A stretch of DNA of 64,000 nt, taken from Marsupella aquatica (Eukaryota; Plantae; Marchantiophyta). The translations under genes were made by a program, and so were the position numbers. The notes below the pieces were generated by a model, which saw only the letters and a list, made by a program, of their open reading frames with translations, was not told the origin of the DNA and did not search any database. Every line of letters starts with the position of its first letter. Position 1 is the first letter of the stretch. The stretch lies in the NCBI GenBank assembly GCA_973895155.1, contig OZ316899.1:1387573-1451572 (forward strand). Reading direction: 5' to 3'. Shown here piece by piece: positions 45,401 to 56,879 of this stretch.

Positions 45401-48400
45401 CTTTATCTTGAGCTTTAACAAGGCTAAGTGCTTAGCCTTTAACCTCTGGTCATTACTCCTTGTCTTGATCTCAACTTGGGCAGCACCCTTGCTGGTCTGA
45501 TCAACCTCCTGAGCCATTGTGATAGTGTCTTCTTGGTTGCTCTCCTTGGCTGAGGTCTCAGCCTGCTTCACCTCCTCGAGACTGGTCACTTCACTGAGAC
45601 TGGGCAGAGGTGAATGGCTGGTAAGAGCCTCCTGCTCTTGCTCCTCTCCAAACACTTCTTCTTCAGTCCATTGGCTCACCATGTTCAACATGTATACCTC
45701 ATCCTCATCAGATTCAGATTTGGTACTCAACTCATCGGAAAGTTCAGAATCATATTCATCCAACTCATCAGTAGTCTCTCCTTGATGCTTGTCATGACCC
45801 CATGAAACTGAAGTGGCTGGTTTGCCAAACCTAAACTCCTTCTTGCCCCAATCAGACACTACTTTGGCTCCATATAGCCAAGGCCTCCCAATCAAGATTG
45901 GGTAAGTAGATGGCCTTGCTGGTCTCATCACCAAGTAATTCAACAAGAACTCCTGCCCCCCAATGAGAGTAGGTACTTGAGTAAGTGTCCCCACCGGTAG
46001 CACTCTTGCTCCATTTGCTAGCCTCATTGTCCTTGCTGTTGGCTGAAGTTTCTTGAAACCTAGTTGTTGGGCAGTAGCCTCAATCATGATATTCACACCT
46101 GAGCCTCCATCAACTGGTACATACGAGAGTACACACCCATTTACTTGAACATCAATCTCAGGTGCTCCAAGGTCTTCACAAACCATCATCACATCAGCTG
46201 GGGTACCAACCTTTGGAAGCTTCCTTCTTCTCCTTCCTACCAACATCTCCTTCAGTTGCCTCCTATACAAAGGGTTGTCTTTGATCAGCTGCCCCACTGT
46301 AGCAGTAACCAAACAATCTTTCACATCCTTCTTGATGTCATAAGAGGGTACCTTGCTGGTCTCTTTCTTCTCTTCCACCTCAGCTTTTTCCTTCAAAGCT
46401 TTAGCAACCTTCAGGTCTTTGTTGATGGCCTCTTGATGCTCCTTAGCCTCCATCTCCTCTAGTTGCCTCTTGACTTCCTCATTCACCTTGGGATAGAAGA
46501 GCTTCGGATGGTCTCTCTTGTAGTCACTATCTTCAGCTGGTGGGACTTGAACTTCTGCTCCAACTTCAACTTCGATTGGTGACTCCGTTGAGTGCTCCTT
46601 TCTCTCCTTCCTCTTCTTCCTCTCTTCCACTCTTTCCTTCTTTCTTGTGGACCTGGTAGACACCTTGTAACACACAGCTTCCTCCTCAGGTGTCTCCATT
46701 CCTGGTAGATCTGGCTGGTTCTCCCCACCAGCAACTTGTGTCACTCCATCTTTGGCCTCCTCTTGCCACTCCATACTCAAGAAGTTCACTGTGGCTTCAC
46801 CGGGAGCCTTGGCAACCGCTGGTGGTGGTGCTTCTATCCTTCCTATCATCATCTTGGCAGCAGATCCAATAGGACAGTTGGCTGTGGTATGACCCTCCCT
46901 TTTGCACACAGCACAAAGAGGATAGGGAGCTCCTTGTCCCTGCCTCCTTGGTTCGGGGCAACTGTTGGAATAGTGCCCTGGTTTTTGACAGTTCCAGCAG
47001 ATCACCACGGTAGTTCTTGCCACTCCCCCAGGTCCTTGAGGTCCCATTTGATCCACCATCCTTGGTTGAAGACCAGGCATCAGTTGAGGTGCCATGGGTG
47101 GAGCTGGTCTTCCTTGCAAAGTTCTTGGGCCTCCTGAAATCTGGTACACCATCTCCGGGGCTTCTTCATAGAAGTAGTCCACCACTTCACTTGCTTGATA
47201 AACATCGTTGGACTCTTCATTGACATACTGAACTTGATTCCTCCAACCTTGACACTCTTGAGGTGTATGGCCAAAACTCTTGCACTTGACACACCATACA
47301 TGGGCTCTATTCACCGGCACTTTTCTCCTATCAGGTTGCACACCAGCAAAGTGAACTGATAGGGCCTTGAGTTGGTTGGTGATCTCACTCATCTTGTTAT
47401 CCATCACCTTCTTCTCCTTGGTTGCTGGTGTAGAACCTTCCACCAAGTTGAAGGTTGCAGATTTGTGGTGCTTACCACCTGGCTTCTTCTTGCTGGCTCT
47501 CCTCTTCTGGTCGCTTTTTCTCTTTGCCTTCTTCTTCTTCTTCTTCTTCTTCTTCTCGGAGTCCTCCTCAGAATCAGATTCTGAATCAGAACTGGAACTA
47601 CTCTCCTCAGATTCCGACTCAGAAGTATCCTCAACTGAACTACTTGATTCACTTGAGCTAGAAGAAGAATCACTATAAGCAAATCGCTTCTTCTTTCTCC
47701 TACTCTTGGAACTAGAGATCTCAGCACTCCTATAAGACTGAGCCGCCTCAATGGCCTCATCCAACGTATTAGGGTGAGATTGCCTTACTGAGACACCCAT
47801 CTTCTTGGGTAGGCTTGCCACAAACCAAGCCAACAACATGGAGTCTACTGGTCTGGGGTCAAGCTTGGTAGCTAACCTTTGAAACCTTTGCAGAAACCTC
47901 CTTACTGACTCCTTGGATCCCATTCTGATCTCTCCCATCTTGATCAGAGCTTCCGATTCTTCTCCCACCTTCCTAAACTCCTGCAAGAATGCTAGCTTGA
48001 AGGCATCCCAATCATTCTTGATGGCATTTGATAGGCTATTGAACCAAGGTCTTGCTTCTCCTCTCAAGACCCCCGCCAAAGTGGTCAACTTAATATCAAA
48101 CTCTCCATTGGCTTGGGCTGTCCCAATGAAGTCCTCCAACCAAGCATCAGGATCCTCCTTGGGCTTGCCATGGAATGTCTTGTACTGAAATCTTGCTCTT
48201 TGAGTCACCACCATGGCTGCTTCTTGATCTTCACTTGTGTTGGTAGTGGAAGAAGATGTATCACTCCACCCTACACCAGGTTCCGCTTCAGCTTGCAAAT
48301 GAATGTCCACCCAATCTGGTTGCTCCAACTGGTCACCAAAGTTGAAACTAAGAGAGGCTTCTTTTAGTGCTTGACTCCTTGTAGTGGGCATGCCACTCAC

Positions 48401-48481
48401 AATCACCTTCTTATCTCCCTTCTTCTCTTGAACAGCAAACCTGCAAACACACCTCCAAGTCTTGTGGCTCCACTCCAACAA
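42413..48481 (-). CDS. gag-pol: Intact Gag-Pol polyprotein of B (single frame; first ATG at MPTTRSQ)
   Basis: Gag, three CCHC knuckles, PR VDGGSGVNI, RT (FLDGYSGY, FIDDF), RNase H, integrase HHCC/DDE, GPY; no stop in 2022 codons; no chromodomain. Confidence 0.97.
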   Translation of the reverse strand: MLEWSHKTWRCVCRFAVQEKKGDKKVIVSGMPTTRSQALKEASLSFNFGDQLEQPDWVDIHLQAEAEPGVGWSDTSSSTTNTSEDQEAAMVVTQRARFQYKTFHGKPKEDPDAWLEDFIGTAQANGEFDIKLTTLAGVLRGEARPWFNSLSNAIKNDWDAFKLAFLQEFRKVGEESEALIKMGEIRMGSKESVRRFLQRFQRLATKLDPRPVDSMLLAWFVASLPKKMGVSVRQSHPNTLDEAIEAAQSYRSAEISSSKSRRKKKRFAYSDSSSSSSESSSSVEDTSESESEESSSSSDSESDSEEDSEKKKKKKKKKAKRKSDQKRRASKKKPGGKHHKSATFNLVEGSTPATKEKKVMDNKMSEITNQLKALSVHFAGVQPDRRKVPVNRAHVWCVKCKSFGHTPQECQGWRNQVQYVNEESNDVYQASEVVDYFYEEAPEMVYQISGGPRTLQGRPAPPMAPQLMPGLQPRMVDQMGPQGPGGVARTTVVICWNCQKPGHYSNSCPEPRRQGQGAPYPLCAVCKREGHTTANCPIGSAAKMMIGRIEAPPPAVAKAPGEATVNFLSMEWQEEAKDGVTQVAGGENQPDLPGMETPEEEAVCYKVSTRSTRKKERVEERKKRKERKEHSTESPIEVEVGAEVQVPPAEDSDYKRDHPKLFYPKVNEEVKRQLEEMEAKEHQEAINKDLKVAKALKEKAEVEEKKETSKVPSYDIKKDVKDCLVTATVGQLIKDNPLYRRQLKEMLVGRRRRKLPKVGTPADVMMVCEDLGAPEIDVQVNGCVLSYVPVDGGSGVNIMIEATAQQLGFKKLQPTARTMRLANGARVLPVGTLTQVPTLIGGQEFLLNYLVMRPARPSTYPILIGRPWLYGAKVVSDWGKKEFRFGKPATSVSWGHDKHQGETTDELDEYDSELSDELSTKSESDEDEVYMLNMVSQWTEEEVFGEEQEQEALTSHSPLPSLSEVTSLEEVKQAETSAKESNQEDTITMAQEVDQTSKGAAQVEIKTRSNDQRLKAKHLALLKLKIKELEDQLKAANSEEDETQEDQHSSKEKEELSAENAPVYGGMRLAQLEGTFDSTMRNKMEVIRAEQYRTISVQQDKTFNLGNALGSGEEKTIQDLLGEYVDVFAWSHLDLTGVNPELGEHRIDLMLGASPVRQRQYRMNPKYSLMVKEEIDKLLEAGFIYPVLNSEWVSPIVIVPKKPGLDGKPKIRVCQDFRKLNEATKKDHYPIPFTDMVLDLVAGWEVYSFLDGYSGYNQIWIRKEDQLKTAFTTEWGIYAFRRMPFGLCNAPGMFQRLMMNIFHDYLRKFLEVFIDDFAVFGRGKDHVEHLRMTFQRCREVGLKLHPGKCFFGVEEGILLGHKVSKKGIEVDQEKVAVWMAVKFPTSVTELRGFLGCLNYYRRFIKDFAKVALPLTSMLKKGAEVEPSVERLASFQELKNRLVEAPILIAPDWSREFHVYVDVSGFCIGVVLSQLDDQNRDHPIYFASRLLAPAEKNYSPTDREALGIIYSCKKFRHYLLGYKVVFHTDHNALKYMVNKPDVTGRVARWILLLQEFDYEVRVRPGKKHGNADFFSRIEGEEDLKEVDDQFPDEDLFHVGSGGDTWYLDIIQFLLTTRLPRDLNQEEAAVFLRKIRPYLLVKGVLHKEGVDGRLRRCLEKKEISIVMRAMHEEEAGGHYASATTARKILDAGYWWPTLHKDVSLFVRGCDPCQRTGKPAHSRHHPLTTILPLAPFEKWGIDFIGPITPVTRSRRNRYILLATDYATKWVEARPTSKDNALTVARFMYQQIFTRFGPPLELVSDRGTHFLNEVVEELTNHYLIKHRKTTPYHPKANGLTERANGIIGKILNKTVAAHKTDWDDKLYSAVYSYNLAFKTTTGHSPFYLVFGQHSLVPVEFEVPTLRVSVEERMEADQSLMERAYQLEELEEIREEASKQVKKKQAQVKQHHDKKLKKPTSLLAGQLVLLYDSRYAHFPGKLHTRWLGPYVVHQVYANGSIQLATLEGEVFPTRVHHDRLKRYFNQE

Positions 48482-48497
48482 AAACTGTAAAGAGTTG

Positions 48498-48515
48498 TCC
48501 CCGGCAGCGGCGCCA
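48498..48515 (-). other. PBS of B (tRNA-Asp type)
   Basis: TGGCGCCGCTGCCGGGGA, identical to the E PBS, 20 nt from the LTR end. Confidence 0.85.
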
Positions 48516-48535
48516 AAAACAAGGGTGGGACTCTA

Positions 48536-51500
48536 TGTCAAACACTTGCCAAGGAGCTTAAGCGGCTTTTCTCCCCAAAAGACTACCTAATACCTGCTCC
48601 ATGTCATACCAGGGTCACAAAGGATTGACAAAACTTCTGAAGTGTGCTTACAATGTCCAATCACTCCATACATAAGTAGTTTCAACTCTCCACTTCTAGA
48701 GAGGTAGTCCCCTTGACTACTTTTGTACTCACCCCTTCCCCTCTCCTCTACTCCAAGGATCAGCAAGGGGGATCTCCGCTCCAAGCTGTCACCTTAGAGT
48801 AGATTCTCACACAAACACCCAAGAACCCAAAGTACTTTCCTCTTCAAGCTTAAGTCTCCTCAAGACCCTCAAAGTAGTGTTACCCCTCAACCTTGCCCCC
48901 CTGGCCTTGGTTTGGGTCCACACATCCCCTTTGAGCCCTAGAGAAGGCTCCTCTATCTAAGGACTCTTCCTCTTGTTCTTACTTCTTGTTAACACCACAC
49001 ACCAAGCAAAGTACTTTCCACCCTCAAGCTATAATCCTCTCTAAGTCTCAAAGTAATGCTATACCTTAACCTTGCCTCCTTGGCCTTGGTTTTGTACTAG
49101 CACATCCCCTTCAAGCTTAGACCAAGATTATACCATAGCATGGACTCTTCTCTTGCTCTCATATACTTCAAATGCACTCACACTTAATGGTCACAATGAA
49201 GATTGGTAAGTCTCCTTTTATTGCATCACCTTTACAACAAAAGTTCACTACACATTCTCCACACTAAGCATGGACCACCTCTCCTTTCTCAAGCTTAGCC
49301 CTACCTTGGCAAGGTAGAGATTTCACTTAAGAGATGAGACTCCCGGTCCCTAACAAATGAAAACTTCCTCCTTATATACTATCTCCTTCCACATCACACC
49401 AAGCTTGACCTGGGGTCCAACTATACCTCCCCCAAGTCCTCCTAACACACAAAGTCCAACTCTATAGTTCATAGCCCACCCTACTACTTGCTATTTTGCC
49501 TCCTTCCAAGCCCTGGAATATGCCACACATGAGTGGTATGCTTTGACTTCCAAACCTACTCCCACTTATGGTCCTCCTCACCAGCTTACCAACCCACTTG
49601 AAAGCTCGCAAAAAGAGTGAGTGAGTCTCAAGTTGTGCCTAGTCAAAGTTGGCCTTATTTTACTTGTAACCCCTTTACTACCCTAAGTAAACTACCCCCT
49701 ATATTTACTTTTCTTAACTTGATGGCCTTACACCTTTGGCCAAAGGTAAGTACCCTTCTCTAGAGCCTAACTCAAGTGGTATGGGTGCAAGAAAGGTCAG
49801 CCCCTAAATCTGGTATTCATTCCCCTATGCCGACTTTGGTTTGCAAGTTGTCGGGACTCCCTCGTGGCCTCGGTTAAAAATATATTTGAGTGATTACTTT
49901 TCTGGGGTTCCACCTTCACCAGGGGGTGCCTTATCTTCCCCTAACTCAGCACAAAAAAATTTGGGCCCCAACGGATACCTCTAGCCAAAGTTATGCCCAT
50001 TCTCCCAAGGCCTGTTTTTGGTGTAAAGCGGGTGTAAGCGGCGGCCCGATTACACTTACCTTACATGCCCCTTATGGGGATTCCACGTGTCATGAGGGGA
50101 GAGCACTCTCATTATACTCATGTTTCTTATGAAGAATTTGTAAGGACAGCAATGTTTGCAGCCATTTCTCTCTCGTGAATTCAATCTAAAACCACAGCAT
50201 TCTCTATTGGATTCTTTCTTGTGCAGCAGTCCAGCTGATCAGCCGCCAGCCCCTCAATTTCACAGCCACCATAGCTCACAGCCAGCCTAGTCAATTTCGC
50301 AGCTAGCCCACCTCTTCAATTTTGCCGCTAGCAACACAGTCAATTTCGCAGCTAGCAGCACAGTCACATCAGCGCATTTACAGCACAACAACAGCAGATT
50401 TGAAGCACAGCAGCAGCAACCATAGCTTGATTCCTTCTCAGTCAAGCAGGTCTCTCTTCTCAATTTCGTAGCTGCCCACCTTTGCAATTTCGCAGCTAGC
50501 AGCAGCATCATTCAATTCAGCAGCATCAAGGCAGCAGCCAGCCAATTCTCATGAGCATCTCGTGCCTGATTAGTAGGAGCACCTCTAATCTAGTGTGCAG
50601 CTGTCATAGCAGCAAGCAGCCTTCCCAATTCAAAGCCAGCAGCGATCCTAATTTGCAGCCATAGCTCTTTTCCTTCTCAGCAGCCATAGCTTCTTCAATC
50701 AGCAACAGCCCTTGCTTCTTCAATCAGCAGCAGCCATTTCAATTCAGCCGCCCTTCCTTCAATTCAGCCGCCCTTGTGCTCAATTGATTCCTCAAGTAAT
50801 CATGCAGCACCTTTGGACAGCCTCCCGGTGCTTGACGTCCTCACCAGCCTCGTGCTTGCTCCTCCTTGCCTCGTGCTCGCTCCTCCTTGCCTCGTGCTCG
50901 CCGCGTGATCGTCGCCCACGCGGTTTACACTTAGAAAAAAATACATTTTTTTTTTGGAAAAAACAGCATTTTGGGGCGATTTTGGACCCCCCTCCAAAAC
51001 TCACACATAAGTCCAAAAGGACTTCTGAGTAGCTCCACTGATTCTATGGACATAGGACTATGTCCGGGTTTACTAAGATATAAACAAAACCCTATAACAA
51101 CTTTTCTAAAATTAGGCAAAGAGGGTCAAGTCTTTATGTCTTCCAAAATTCTTCTCAACTTTGAGATGCTCCCAAAAAGTAACCAAGTGTGACAAAGTTG
51201 TCCCACAAGTTTCTAGGGATAGAGGGGACCATACTTAACCCACTTCCAAACTTGGAACCCCTACATTTACCCATCAGCTATTTTTCCCGGGACCCGCTAT
51301 TTGGTAACTTTGATTTTTGCCAAAATACTTATAACTCCTAGGTTAAGACCCCACTTGACTTCATACTTTTTCAGGGTTCCCTAGGGACCTCCCAGCACCC
51401 ATGGGAGAAATATCAGCCAAAAATAAGATGTCCGGTGTCGGGTCATTTTTCGGTCCCGACTTAGTCGCCTATTATAACTAAGGACGGACTAGTTTCCTGC

Positions 51501-51700
51501 CCCTCCTATAGTAACTTGCTTACCCCTAGATAACTTTGCATAACTAAATTCCCTCTTACCTCTACTAAGCTTCCCTTCTTACTTAAGTGCCCTAAACCTA
51601 GCTACTCTGATAGCACTAAAACTTTTTCCCTAACTATTTCCTCTTCTAAACGAAAGAATGTCATGTTTCTCTACACTAGCTGACACTGAGCCATCCCACA
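48536..51700 (-). repeat. 5' LTR of B
   Basis: Direct repeat of 39208-42372, followed by TSD TTATG (51701-51705). Confidence 0.97.
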
Positions 51701-51839
51701 TTATGTATGGTGTGATTAGAACTTGCAAGCACATTTCAGAAGTTTTGTCAATCTTTTGTGACCGTGGTATGACATGGAGCAGGTATTAGGTAGTTTTTTC
51801 AGAGAAAAGTCACTTAAGCTCCTTGACAAGTGTTTAACA

Positions 51840-54700
51840 CATCTGCAAGAAATCTAGAGAGCCTTTGCCTTGTTGAGGACAAGGCTTGAGAGGTACCAAA
51901 AATGGATGCAATCAAAACCGGGAGGCGGAGCCGTGTTTGGTGGCTCCAATTGGGTGAAGCACCAACCAAATACTTTTTTAACCAGCTTAAAGCCAAGCAA
52001 GCTAGAGAAAGCATTTGAATGTTGAAGCTAGACAATGGTGAGATCACTGAGAAGGAGGATACTATCCTCCAAGAGATTAACAGATTCTATGAGGATCTTT
52101 ACCAGCACAACCCCCAACTTGAGACCTTCACTCAAGAGCAAGTGGATGCTCTTGAGCTAATTGACAAGAAGGTAACAAAAGCCGAGAACACCTCCGTGGA
52201 GACCACACCCACTGATGTTAAGATCCAAGGGGTGGTTTTCAACATGCCCAAGGAAAAGTCTCTTGGGTTAGATGGTGTCACCATCGAGGTACTTCTGAAA
52301 GGATGGGATTACATGGGTCCCTCCTGTGTGGCAATGGTGCAGGCTTTCTAGGTAGATGGGATTATGACTACCAGAACACTGGTAGGAGTGCTAAAGTTCA
52401 TCCTAAAAACCAAGAAACACTCAAGCTATCCAACTGGAGACCACTTACAATGTTGACCCTCACAGAGAAGATCATTGCTAAGCTGATTGCTAATTGAGTC
52501 AAAAAGGTTGCCAATAGGTTTCTCAATCCCCAACAGATTGGTTTTCTCAAAGGGAGGGATATCATGGACAATCTCCTCACTTTTTGTCTTGCACAAGATC
52601 TGGCACCTTTGGGTAAGAAACTGCTCATTTTCTTAAGCTCAATTCATGAAGGCATATGACAGGGTCTCACATGATTTTATCTGGGCTGTGATGAGAGCTA
52701 TGGGCTTTGGGGATATCACTCACCTGATTAAAGGGCTGTTTACTGGAGCTCAATCTAAGGTCCACATTAAAAGCCAATTCACGACACCTTTCAAGCTCTG
52801 CCAGGGAGTTCGACAAGGCTGCCCCCTGTCTAGTATCCTTTTCACCCTTACGACTCAACCTCTGATTGCACTTCTAAATAAACAAATCAGACTTGGGAAC
52901 ATCCAAGGACTTAAATTGGCAGACATGAGCAGCCTTTACCACCAGCTGTTTGCTGACAACGCATGACTTTTCTTGGAGGTACTCAAGCAAAATTCAATGT
53001 TGCTCAATGTGTGATACAAAACTTTGAGCATTTGTCTAGGGCCAGACTCAATGTGAGGAAATCAATGATCATCCCTTGTTATTTTGCAGACAACCGATAC
53101 CCTGATTGGTTGGAGGAGACAGGATGCAGGATTGCACCTGTGGGGGAAATACATGAGTACCTAGGTTGTCCGGTTGGATATAAGATCCGACCATCACACA
53201 AAGCTACTTTTGTGATTACTAAACTTTGCAATAGATTGAACACTTGGTCCAATCGGTGCCTAACTATGGTTGGGAGGGTGATTCTGCTCAAGCATGTGCT
53301 AAGGGCTATTCCAACCTATCACTTGATGATGCTCGACCTCTTTAAAGTAGGGTTTGCTGAGATGGAGAGGGTGTGTAGGCGTTTCCTTTGGGGTAGCAAC
53401 CACCAGGGCAAACACAAGAAGCCGCTAATAGCTTGGTCTGTGATCACCTCGCCTAAAGTTGAAGGAGGACTCAACTTTCTTCCTTTTGAACAACAGGCCG
53501 AAAGTCTACAGATGAGACATGCTACAAAACTGATATACGACGAGACCAAGGAGTAGATCCTAATGGCTCAAGACATTATCATGAAGAATGCTAGACTTGG
53601 ACCACTCAAGAAGGAGCGTTGATCTTGGACTTGCTCTAAGATTATCCTGTTGTGTCCGAAAATCAGAATCTTGGGGTCATGTACCATCCTGCACCTTCTT
53701 AAGAGCTGGAACTCTCAATTCCCTTTCCTCCACTTTTCCTTTAGTGAGGGATCTGTCCCGAAACAACTCTTGATCAAGCAGGCCATGATCCTCTTCTTCA
53801 AGGAAGTCAGAAAGACAGCAAGAGCAAGTGTATCTCATACGCTTCTTTGCCAACAGGCGGATCAAGAGGGTGGATGATCTGATAACCCCTGACCATTGTT
53901 GGAGGGATAGGGAGGAGCTCATCTCCAGGATCAGGAGCACCAGACAAGTCAGGAGACCAAGAATGCTACAATGAGCTAACAATCAGGGATCCTCCCCTGG
54001 ATTTTCAACTACATGAATGCCAAGGGTGGAAGTGGGAATGGACCTCCCGCATCATGGGTGGAAATTCCCAACTAGTACGAGGGCCTCCCCAACTCAAAGC
54101 ACCAACAATGATAACACCATGATTAATAGAAGGTGGGGCTAAGAAGTTGCTCTTAGAGATCCTTGAGGAATAGAGGAACTGAGGAACTAGCGAAGCTGAC
54201 AGTTTGTGTCATGGTTTTGGATGCATGGTGATGTGAGATCCTGGTTGTCCACGAGCTTTAAGTGTTTTCCTCCTGGATGGGGGGAGGTACTGCTATCTAA
54301 CGACTTATTGAAGGAAGTATTTGGCCAAGGATGAGGTTATCGATGGGATTTTGGAGGTTATGAACGTAGACCTGCTTAAGCAACACTGGAGGCAGCAACA
54401 TAAGGATTAGGTTACTCCTGTGGAGCAAGATGTACTATGATTCTCGATAGCAGAAGAGCACAACTGGAGAGGTATAAATGAGGCCGAGATCGATTAGATG
54501 GAGTTGGAAGGGAACCAGAATGATCAAGAGTGCCGAGTAAGCAGGATTAGGATGACAAAGGAGAATCTCAAGATGGCTTAACTAGGTTAGCAAGATTGGG
54601 AACGGGTTTGACTGGCAGCAGGATGTGCAAGTCGCAAACACGAGGGGGGCTGGTTTGGGTCTGGAGAACGGAGGAGAGCATTACTAATGGTAGTTTAACT
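51840..54700 (+). mobile_element. L1-clade LINE ORF2 (RT and C-terminal region), decayed, 5' part missing
   Basis: KEKSLGLDGVT, NWRPLTML, KAYDRVSH, VRQGCPLS, LFADN, EYLGCP, AIPTYHLM; 3' end approximate. Confidence 0.85.
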
Positions 54701-55350
54701 CATGTAAGCACCTACTAGGATTGGGGGACGCTTTACTTGGATTTCCGCGACACATAGTTACAAAGCTGGAGGCAGCGAGGTGGTGGTGATAGATTGCGAG
54801 AGCATAAGCCGTGAAACAACCAAATTAGCTACAGTGTGGTGGGATAGCATTGAAGCGGATTGAAAAGTGGGAAGAGAGGAGGATTCAAGTAATTTGTCTG
54901 TTGTTTCTCGGCTAGAGTGTCCGGCCACTGATTGTTGGCTGAGGAAATCTTCCTTAAGGTAAGAAACTATCCATTGACTTGTGACTTCTATAGTGAACAC
55001 GTGGAATTAGAGATGGAAAACAATAAAAGGAGTGGTGAGCAAATGTGGGGGAGTCGTGAGGAAACATTCAGAATCCGTGGAGACCTAGGTAATCGAGGGC
55101 AATTATCATCGTCTGCTCGATTACCATGGCAGGAGCAATTCAGTAGACAGGATTGCGTAGTTCCCCCTTCCATGGTGGTGGTCGTGGCCCTACAACATCT
55201 GCATTTTGATAGCAAACACAAGTAATACAACCTCCTTTTGATCTGACCTCAACCCCTGCAATAGAGAACCAACAATATTACCAGAATTCTAGATATAGCT
55301 TAGGTGCTGGTAGAAGCCTAGCACATAGGAATGCTGCAAGACAAGGAGAA

Positions 55351-56271
55351 TTGGCCACGGGCGCTGGTCAGGTGGGAATGATAGGGGAGTTGAGGACTCG
55401 GAGCAGTGCACGGCATGCGAAGGATGCAGGGATGCTAGGTGCTGCCCAAGCGGATGGAATTGAGTCGGAGGTAGTATCGACAGAATGTATCAGCATTCTC
55501 AAGGAGATTGTTGACAACTCAAAGGGGGAGTGGAGTACCAAATTGTATACACAGGTGCAATGGAATATAGTGGAGGCAGCAAGCAATGTCAGGCAGCTTT
55601 ACAACTGCAGATTGATGTGTTTTTTCACAGACCGTGCCCCAATGCTTCCAACATTCCGTGAGTGGGTGGCTACATATATGGTAGAAGAGAGGAATTGGCC
55701 CGTCGTACAAGTAAAATTTGTGGGGAAAAATTATTATTTGGTAGTGTTTGAGAATGCGGATCACGGAGACAGCGCACTCGCATCGGCCCCCTGGTTCTTG
55801 GATCGCAAGTTTGCTTTTACCTTTCCCTGGGACCCATTGTTTGATATTTTCTCTAAGAGGTACACAAAATTTCCAGTATGGATTGAGCTTCCCTCTAGGG
55901 ACCTGGTACTCAAAGGATGTCGTGTTAAAATTGCAGAGTCTTTGGGGAACGTGCTTCATTATATTCAAGGGGAAGAATACAGTTCCTTCCCCCACAATAG
56001 AGCCTGTATTTTGTGGGACACAGAGCGAGAAGTGTCATGCAATGCGCAAGTGAGCATTATGGAGGGAATCAATATATGGCACCCGATTATTTTCAAAAAT
56101 ATCCTGTATCATTGCTTTAAATGCAACAAGAAAGGTCACCTTGCCAGAGATTGTAGAGAGGGAATGGATCCGCCCAGGACGAAAGCTCAGGTTGGACGTG
56201 AGGGAGCTGACCCACCGGAGGAAAAAGATGATGATGCGGAGGGAGACCCAAAGGAGGTTTTAAGAACATAG
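55351..56271 (+). CDS. LINE ORF1 (DUF4283-like region plus CCHC knuckle)
   Basis: GKNYYLVVFE..ALASAPWFLD..PVWIELP..CFKCNKKGHLARDC. Confidence 0.85.
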   Translation: MATGAGQVGMIGELRTRSSARHAKDAGMLGAAQADGIESEVVSTECISILKEIVDNSKGEWSTKLYTQVQWNIVEAASNVRQLYNCRLMCFFTDRAPMLPTFREWVATYMVEERNWPVVQVKFVGKNYYLVVFENADHGDSALASAPWFLDRKFAFTFPWDPLFDIFSKRYTKFPVWIELPSRDLVLKGCRVKIAESLGNVLHYIQGEEYSSFPHNRACILWDTEREVSCNAQVSIMEGINIWHPIIFKNILYHCFKCNKKGHLARDCREGMDPPRTKAQVGREGADPPEEKDDDAEGDPKEVLRT

Positions 56272-56879
56272 CGCGCTGCTAACTTGCAAGTGCGGACAGG
56301 AGTGGTACCGACTATCAGGAAAGAGGTTGAGTTGGTGGTATCAGAAATTGATGCCAGGGAAGCCTTGACAGAATGATTAGGCGATGGGGCAGAAATAATC
56401 CTTACTCTTACCATGGAGATACGGATATGGAATTGTCAGCATATGAATCTTATGTCTCTAATAAAGGGAAGGAATGAGCAACAAAAATTGACAAGATAAC
56501 GCCACCGATGACTAAGAAGGATAGAATTGCACAAGAGTCTAAAAAACAACGCTCTATACAATTCTCACCCAAGACCGTGGGACATGCAGGGAACAAAGGA
56601 GATCTGCTGGCTAGTGCTAGCAATGAGGAGATACAAGAAGACGAAAGAGTAGTTCCAATGGAGGGATTGGTGAATGCAACAATTGTACATTATTCTGCTA
56701 CACGAATACCGGATACACAGATGGTAGAGGCAGAGGAAGTAACGCCTACAAGGCCGAATGCTGACCGGATAGGTGGCTCGGTGGGAGGACCATTGGGCGG
56801 CTTATCCCCTAGGGGCAGGATGCGTATATAGGAGGGGGCAATAGGGGAGAGTTGAGCTGGTAAGATCATGGCTCACACA

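Larger units (their letters stand above)
39208..51700 (-). mobile_element. Full-length, young Gypsy element B (12.5 kb)
   Basis: 3165-bp LTRs (39208-42372, 48536-51700, offset 9328); only one difference noticed by eye (~40552 vs ~49880). TSD TTATG, PBS, PPT and an uninterrupted gag-pol. Confidence 0.97.
27765..51839 (+). mobile_element. Interrupted LTR C (~4.5-4.8 kb net), relative of the B LTR in opposite orientation
   Basis: 27800-28575, 31225-31960, 38630-39207 and 51706-51839 are reverse-complement homologues of B LTR segments. Starts TGTTGA, ends TTTAACA. Flanks do not form a TSD. Confidence 0.75.

Noticed and set aside
43328-48367. Numerous plus-strand ORFs opposite B gag-pol (likewise opposite the E, Copia and H ORFs, e.g. 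60312..61031)
   Set aside because: Antisense shadows of long coding frames.
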